DNA of 64,000 bases from Isurus oxyrinchus (lineage: Eukaryota). Below, piece by piece: positions 61,601 to 64,000 of the stretch. The notes beneath the pieces were generated by a model. The model made no database searches, was not told the DNA's origin, and was given only the letters and a program-made list of their open reading frames with translations. The first letter of the stretch is position 1. Every line of letters begins with the position of its first letter. The translations under genes were made by a program, and so were the position numbers. The DNA is taken from contig JANJGN010000010.1 in the NCBI GenBank assembly GCA_026770705.1, positions 91,822,001 through 91,886,000 of the forward strand, written 5' to 3'.

Positions 61601-63803
61601 CAATGCATCGGAATTTGAGTGTCAGCTGTGGCCTAGTTGGCAGAAAAGCTGCCACTAGGGCAAAATTTATAATTTTAAATTTCACTCCAGGATTTGAGCA
61701 CAGCAATCTAGGTGACACTCCAGTGCAGTACTGAGGGAGGTGGTGGTGGTGCTGTCTTTTTCATGTATATTCAAAGCGAGACCGTGTCTGCACCCTCAGG
61801 ATGACATAACAGACCCCAAGGTGTTATTTTGGGATGGAACTGCTGAGTTACTTGTGGAGTCTTGGCATATTTATCCCTCAATAAACATCACAAAACTGCT
61901 ATAAAAACAAAGAGAACTGCGGATGCTGGAAATCCAAAACAAAAACAGAATTACCTGGAAAAACTCAGCAGGTCTGGCAGCATCGGCGGAGAAGAAAAGA
62001 GTTGACGTTTCGAGTCTTCATGACCCTTCGACAGAACTTGATTTCGAGTCCAGGAAAGAGTTGAAATATAAGCTGGTTTAAGGTGTGTGGGGGGGTGGGG
62101 GGGGCGGAGAGAGAGAGAGAGACACCCCATGCCCACGCAAAAGATGTAACACCTGCCCCTTCACTTCCTCTCTCCTCACCGTCCAAGGGCCCAAACACTC
62201 CTTTCAAGTGAAGCAGCATTTCACTTGCATTTCCCCCAACTTAGTCTACTGCATTCGTTGCTCCCAATGTGGTCTCCTCTACATTGGAGAGACCAAACGT
62301 AAACTGGGCGACCGCTTTGCAGAACACCTGCGGTCTGTCCGCAAGAATGACCCAAACCTCCCTGTCGCTTGCCATTTTAACACTCCACCCTGCTCTCTTG
62401 CCCACATGTCTGTCTTTGGCTTACTGCATTGTTCCAGTGAAGCCCAACGCAAACTGGAGGAACAACACCTCATCTTCCGACTAGGCACCTTACAGCCTTC
62501 CGGTCTGAATATTGAATTCAATAACTTTAGGTCGTGAGCTCCCTCCCCCATCCCCACCCCCTTTCTGTTTCCCCCTTTTTTTCCCCCTTTTTTTTCCCTA
62601 TAAATTTTACAGATTTTTTTTCCCCCCTTTTTTTTTCCCTATAAATTTTACAGATTTTTCTTTTCCCACTTATTTTTAAATATTTTAAAATCTTTTATGC
62701 TCCCCCCACCCCCACTAGAGCTGTACCTTGAGTGCCCTACCATCCATTCTTAATTAGCACATTCGTTTAGATAATATCACCAACTTTAACTTTAACACCT
62801 ATGTGTTCTTTTGTCCCATTGTCACTGACATCTTTTGATGATCTGCTTCTATCACTGCTTGTTTGTCTACACAAGCACCTCTGTCTCTCTCTCTCTCTCC
62901 GCTCCCCCCCCCTCCCCCCCACACACCTTAAACCAGCTTATATTTCAACTCTTTCCTGGACTCGAAATCAAGTTCTGTCGAAGGGTCATGAAGACTCGAA
63001 ACGTCAACTCTTTTCTTCTCCGCCGATGCTGCCAGACCTGCTGAGTTTTTCCAGGTAATTCTGTTTTTGTATCACAAAACTGTTTATCTTTTCACCATTA
63101 CATAATCAACATTACAAAAACACATTATCTGGTAATCATTACTTGGCTGTTTGTAGGAATTTCCTGTGTGCTAATTGACTGTTGTTTTCCCTAAACTACA
63201 AAAGTGCTGTCATTTCAAACGCACTTCATCAGCTTTAAAGTACTGTGAGACTACATTGATCATGAAAGGTGAAATATAAATTTATACTTTTTTGATTGAT
63301 GTTATTCCAAAACACTTGGAGTGCTGCATGATCCCTCTCACTCTCCGACGATCATTACACTTCCTCTACTTGGTCCAATGTGCATTGGTGTTTGCTCGAT
63401 TATTGAAATGAGCTGACCTGACAACACACAGGTCAGCTGGACTGTGTAAATGGGCACTGTTTGTATTCTGAGATCTAGCATTATTTTGCCACTGGATAAC
63501 TGACCATCTTCTGACACTTGGCAGGCAATGACACAATTTGTTTTTTAAATATTGTGTAGTGAATTACATGCACGTTTGTATGAGAACTAAGTGATGGTTT
63601 ACGCTGTATCTCTGGGAGCTCAAATTTTCGACCATTCTGATAAGAGATCATCAGAGTTTTGTAGTTTTGTGTTAAAAATTATCTTGTGTTCTTCCTTCCT
63701 GTTGTTTAAACACAGATATGTCAAACCTTCTTCATACTGCTTTAAATTAATCAAAGATTTCATTCCTCTTTTCTAGAAAAGCCAACCAAATACTATCCAG
63801 CAG
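1603..63803 (+). CDS. Internal part of a multi-exon gene: up to 41 intact 27-nt phase-1 micro-exons encoding Pro/Thr/Tyr-rich nonapeptide repeats (start and stop outside the window)
   Basis: Polypyrimidine+AG acceptor, exactly 27 nt, GT or GC donor in each intact copy. Many differences are synonymous third-position changes in the phase-1 frame (CCA/CCT, ACA/ACT/ACC, GTC/GTT/GTA). The phase-2 frame has TGA stops. Confidence 0.75.
2215..2241 (+). pseudogene. micro-exon B1, acceptor lost (TG), DEPNGYYQP
   Basis: tttttctg|ATGAACCTAACGGCTACTACCAACCAG|gcatga. Confidence 0.6.
2327..2945 (+). mobile_element. Decayed DeuSINE copy (representative; ~23 such copies, one per long unit)
   Basis: A-box-like TGGCCTAGTTGG, degenerate B-box region (ttttaaatttcattcca), Deu-like core, internal ~190-bp duplication, tail. 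Confidence 0.7.
3812..3838 (+). CDS. micro-exon A2 EKPTDYSPP
   Basis: ttttccag|AGAAACCTACTGACTACTCTCCACCAG|gtaaaa. Confidence 0.72.
4092..4283 (+). mobile_element. Decayed non-LTR retrotransposon APE-endonuclease N-terminal fragment (representative; one per unit, between exons A and B)
   Basis: Hand translation across a frameshift gives KVHLTTIWRLVPKLRELPHRLVTQQ / DIVTLTES*ISANIPDSSITIPEY; the copy near 61270 gives RPTKGGSTEI. These resemble the APE motifs N-x-x-GL, DIVxLTE and RxGGGV. Confidence 0.6.
4112..4448. repeat. ~80-bp inverted repeat (4112-4193 / 4367-4448) with 173-bp spacer, in the A-B intron of most units
   Basis: ctggcgacttgtgccaaaattgagag...cactcacagaat versus attctgtgaatg...ctctcaattttggcataagtcactag (reverse-complement match). 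Confidence 0.92.
4536..4562 (+). CDS. micro-exon B2 DEPTVHNPP (GC donor)
   Basis: ttcttctttag|ATGAACCTACCGTCCACAATCCACCAG|gcaagt. Confidence 0.6.
6135..6161 (+). CDS. micro-exon A3 EKPTDYTPP
   Basis: ccag|27 nt|gtaaaa. Confidence 0.72.
6828..6854 (+). pseudogene. micro-exon B3, acceptor TG
   Basis: ctg|ATGAACCTAAC...|gcatga. Confidence 0.6.
8425..8451 (+). CDS. micro-exon A4 EKPTDYSPP
   Basis: ccag|27 nt|gtaaaa. Confidence 0.72.
9149..9175 (+). CDS. micro-exon B4 DEPTVHNPP (GC donor)
   Basis: ttag|27 nt|gcaagt. Confidence 0.6.
10748..10774 (+). CDS. micro-exon A5 EKPTDYTPP
   Basis: ccag|27 nt|gtaaaa. Confidence 0.72.
11441..11467 (+). pseudogene. micro-exon B5, acceptor TG
   Basis: ctg|27 nt|gcatga. 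Confidence 0.6.
13038..13064 (+). CDS. micro-exon A6 EKPTDYSPP
   Basis: ccag|27 nt|gtaaaa. Confidence 0.72.
13762..13788 (+). CDS. micro-exon B6 DEPTVHNPP (GC donor)
   Basis: ttag|27 nt|gcaagt. Confidence 0.6.
15351..15377 (+). CDS. micro-exon A7 EKPTDYSPP
   Basis: ccag|27 nt|gtaaaa. Confidence 0.72.
16072..16098 (+). CDS. micro-exon B7 DEPTVYNPP (GC donor)
   Basis: ttag|27 nt|gcaagt. Confidence 0.6.
17669..17695 (+). CDS. micro-exon A8 EMPTDYSPP
   Basis: ccag|27 nt|gtaaaa. Confidence 0.72.
18303..18329 (+). pseudogene. micro-exon B8, acceptor GG, DEPTVHYPP
   Basis: tttttgg|27 nt|gcaaga. Confidence 0.6.
19335..19361 (+). CDS. micro-exon A9 EMPTDYSPP
   Basis: ccag|27 nt|gtaaaa. Confidence 0.72.
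19953..19979 (+). pseudogene. micro-exon B9, acceptor TG (in-frame cryptic AG 3 nt downstream), EEPNVYYPP
   Basis: tttttctg|AAGAACCTAACGTCTACTATCCACCAG|gcatga. Confidence 0.55.
21536..21562 (+). CDS. micro-exon A10 EKPTDYSPP
   Basis: ccag|27 nt|gtaaaa. Confidence 0.72.
22254..22280 (+). CDS. micro-exon B10 DEPTVYYPP (GC donor, weaker CTG|gc)
   Basis: ttcag|ATGAACCTACCGTCTACTATCCACCTG|gcaagt. Confidence 0.5.
23838..23864 (+). CDS. micro-exon A11 EKPTDYSPP
   Basis: ccag|27 nt|gtaaaa. Confidence 0.72.
24556..24582 (+). CDS. micro-exon B11 DEPTVYYPP (GC donor, CTG|gc)
   Basis: ttcag|27 nt|gcaagt. Confidence 0.5.
26139..26165 (+). CDS. micro-exon A12 EKPTDYSPP
   Basis: ccag|27 nt|gtaaaa. Confidence 0.72.
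26857..26883 (+). CDS. micro-exon B12 DEPTVYYPP (GC donor, CTG|gc)
   Basis: ttcag|27 nt|gcaagt. Confidence 0.5.
28441..28467 (+). CDS. micro-exon A13 EKPTDYSPP
   Basis: ccag|27 nt|gtaaaa. Confidence 0.72.
29159..29185 (+). CDS. micro-exon B13 DEPTVYYPP (GC donor, CTG|gc)
   Basis: ttcag|27 nt|gcaagt. Confidence 0.5.
30755..30781 (+). CDS. micro-exon A14 EMPTDYSPP
   Basis: ccag|27 nt|gtaaaa. Confidence 0.72.
31389..31415 (+). pseudogene. micro-exon B14, acceptor GG, DEPTVHYLP
   Basis: ttttgcgg|27 nt|gcaaga. Confidence 0.6.
32419..32445 (+). CDS. micro-exon A15 EMPTEYSPP
   Basis: ccag|27 nt|gtaaaa. Confidence 0.72.
33053..33079 (+). pseudogene. micro-exon B15, acceptor GG
   Basis: gcgg|27 nt|gcaaga. 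Confidence 0.6.
34085..34111 (+). CDS. micro-exon A16 EIPTDYSPP
   Basis: ccag|27 nt|gtaaaa. Confidence 0.72.
34703..34729 (+). pseudogene. micro-exon B16, acceptor TG, DEPNVYYPP
   Basis: ctg|27 nt|gcatga. Confidence 0.6.
36298..36324 (+). CDS. micro-exon A17 EMPTEYSPP
   Basis: ccag|27 nt|gtaaaa. Confidence 0.72.
36932..36958 (+). pseudogene. micro-exon B17, acceptor GG
   Basis: gcgg|27 nt|gcaaga. Confidence 0.6.
37964..37990 (+). CDS. micro-exon A18 EIPTDYSPP
   Basis: ccag|27 nt|gtaaaa. Confidence 0.72.
38582..38608 (+). pseudogene. micro-exon B18, acceptor TG
   Basis: ctg|27 nt|gcatga. Confidence 0.6.
40177..40203 (+). CDS. micro-exon A19 EMPTEYSPP
   Basis: ccag|27 nt|gtaaaa. Confidence 0.72.
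40811..40837 (+). pseudogene. micro-exon B19, acceptor GG
   Basis: gcgg|27 nt|gcaaga. Confidence 0.6.
41843..41869 (+). CDS. micro-exon A20 EMPTDYSPP
   Basis: ccag|27 nt|gtaaaa. Confidence 0.72.
42477..42503 (+). pseudogene. micro-exon B20, acceptor GG
   Basis: tttcgg|27 nt|gcaaga. Confidence 0.6.
43497..43523 (+). CDS. micro-exon A21 EIPTDYSPP
   Basis: ccag|27 nt|gtaaaa. Confidence 0.72.
44115..44141 (+). pseudogene. micro-exon B21, acceptor TG
   Basis: ctg|27 nt|gcatga. Confidence 0.6.
45699..45725 (+). CDS. micro-exon A22 EKPTDYSAP
   Basis: ccag|27 nt|gtaaaa. Confidence 0.72.
46417..46443 (+). CDS. micro-exon B22 DEPTVYYLP (GC donor)
   Basis: ttcag|27 nt|gcaagt. Confidence 0.6.
48016..48042 (+). 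CDS. micro-exon A23 EIPTDYSPP
   Basis: ccag|27 nt|gtaaaa. Confidence 0.72.
48622..48648 (+). pseudogene. micro-exon B23, acceptor TG
   Basis: ctg|27 nt|gcatga. Confidence 0.6.
50200..50226 (+). CDS. micro-exon A24 EKPTDYSPP
   Basis: ccag|27 nt|gtaaaa. Confidence 0.72.
50924..50950 (+). CDS. micro-exon B24 DEPTVYYPP (consensus CAG|GCAAGT donor)
   Basis: ttcag|ATGAACCTACCGTCTACTATCCACCAG|gcaagt. Confidence 0.62.
52521..52547 (+). CDS. micro-exon A25 EKPTNYSPP
   Basis: ccag|27 nt|gtaaaa. Confidence 0.72.
53249..53275 (+). pseudogene. micro-exon B25, acceptor GG
   Basis: tttcgg|27 nt|gcaaga. Confidence 0.6.
54281..54307 (+). CDS. micro-exon A26 EIPTDYSPP
   Basis: ccag|27 nt|gtaaaa. Confidence 0.72.
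54887..54913 (+). pseudogene. micro-exon B26, acceptor TG
   Basis: ctg|27 nt|gcatgg. Confidence 0.6.
56471..56497 (+). pseudogene. micro-exon A27, acceptor mutated (cctg), EIPTDYSSP
   Basis: tcttttcctg|AGATACCAACTGATTACTCTTCACCAG|gtaaaa. Confidence 0.6.
56909..56935 (+). pseudogene. micro-exon B27, acceptor GG, DEPTIHYPP
   Basis: tttcgg|27 nt|gcaaga. Confidence 0.6.
58507..58533 (+). CDS. micro-exon A28 EKPTDYFPP
   Basis: ccag|27 nt|gtaaaa. Confidence 0.72.
59231..59257 (+). CDS. micro-exon B28 DEPTVYYPP (GC donor)
   Basis: tttttcag|27 nt|gcaaga. Confidence 0.55.
60818..60844 (+). CDS. micro-exon A29 ERPTDYSPP
   Basis: ccag|AGAGACCTACTGACTACTCTCCACCAG|gtaaaa. Confidence 0.72.
61507..61533 (+). 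CDS. micro-exon B29 EEPTVYYPP (GC donor)
   Basis: tttttcag|AAGAACCTACCGTATACTATCCACCAG|gcaaga. Confidence 0.55.
62000..62038 (-). ncRNA. Minimal hammerhead-ribozyme-like motif in the PLE terminal repeat (inverted copy)
   Basis: Reverse complement of 62971-63009. Confidence 0.55.
62125..62537 (+). pseudogene. Penelope-like GIY-YIG endonuclease C-terminal fragment (RT missing)
   Basis: CPRKRCNTC...LVYCIRCSQCGLLYIGETKRKLGDRFAEH...VACHF...LEEQHLIFRLGTLQPSGLN. Shows the VY...YIG motif with intervening CxxC, catalytic R/E, and terminal GLN typical of PLE endonucleases. Confidence 0.92.
62971..63009 (+). ncRNA. Minimal hammerhead-ribozyme-like motif in the PLE terminal repeat
   Basis: agtt-CTGTCGA-a-gggtc(atgaa)gactc-GAAA-cg-TC-aact: stem I, stem II and a palindromic ACGT helix III. 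The core deviates from CUGANGA (A to U). Confidence 0.55.
63777..63803 (+). CDS. micro-exon A30 EKPTKYYPA (divergent)
   Basis: ttcctcttttctag|AAAAGCCAACCAAATACTATCCAGCAG|gtataa. Confidence 0.65.
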
Positions 63804-64000
63804 GTATAAAATACATGCTAGTCAGTGACTATCTTTGATCTCCTGACATTTGGACTCCTGCCCAACTTTCCAGTACGTCCAAACTTTAAAGTGCCAGCAA
63901 TGGCCAAGTTATCAGAAATCTGGTCCCTACGGTAAAGTAAGTTCAAATTCCACTCCAGGACAAACAAGTCAAATAAGCAAAAGAATAAGGACAGATCATC

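Larger units (their letters stand above)
61899..63070 (+). mobile_element. 5'-truncated Penelope-like element with inverted terminal repeats, inserted in the DeuSINE of unit 29
   Basis: GIY-YIG fragment; inverted arms 61939-62124 / 62882-63070; extra ~40-nt tail on the left arm; 12-bp TSD ATCACAAAACTG at 61887-61898 and 63071-63082. Confidence 0.9.
70..64000. repeat. Tandem array of ~30 units (1.65-2.32 kb), each with two 27-nt micro-exon candidates and decayed TE-derived intron sequence
   Basis: The same blocks recur throughout. Exon-A spacings: 2209,2323,2290,2323,2290,2313,2318,1666,2201,2302,2301,2302,2314,1664,1666,2213,1666,2213,1666,1654,2202,2317,2184,2321,1760,2190,2036,2311,2959 (last includes a ~1.17 kb insertion). 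Confidence 0.98.

Noticed and set aside
70-61890. CRISPR-like or rDNA/5S/snRNA tandem array
   Set aside because: Units are kb-long without unique spacers, the context is vertebrate-like, and I recognise no rRNA, 5S or snRNA sequence.
61939-63070. DNA transposon or MITE with terminal inverted repeats
   Set aside because: The interior encodes a PLE GIY-YIG fragment, not a transposase. The arms are PLE terminal repeats with an asymmetric tail and hammerhead-like motif.

Overview
Eukaryotic, non-genic-looking DNA, probably from a cartilaginous fish (inferred from a SacSINE1-like DeuSINE and a shark-type Penelope terminal repeat, both recognised from memory). Almost the whole window is a tandem array of about 30 units of 1.65-2.32 kb. 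Apart from one Penelope GIY-YIG fragment, the supplied ORFs look spurious. The main signal is one the ORF track cannot show: each unit carries two paralogous 27-nt, phase-1 symmetric micro-exon candidates on the + strand. Type A (pyrimidine tract-AG ... CAG|GTA) encodes E[K/M/I/R]PTDYSPP. Type B (AG ... G|GCAAG, a GC-AG intron donor) encodes DEPTV[Y/H][Y/N]PP. I count 30 A copies (29 with intact sites) and 29 B copies (12 with an intact AG, 17 mutated to TG/GG). Splicing the 41 intact exons would give about 369 aa of Pro/Thr/Tyr/acidic nonapeptide repeats of a gene whose start and end lie outside the window. The introns hold a decayed DeuSINE, a decayed LINE APE-endonuclease fragment and two inverted repeats (about 80 bp and about 31 bp arms). 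Penelope-like insertions sit at both edges of the window; the right one has inverted terminal repeats, hammerhead-like motifs and a 12-bp TSD. Splicing and expression are inferred from sequence only.
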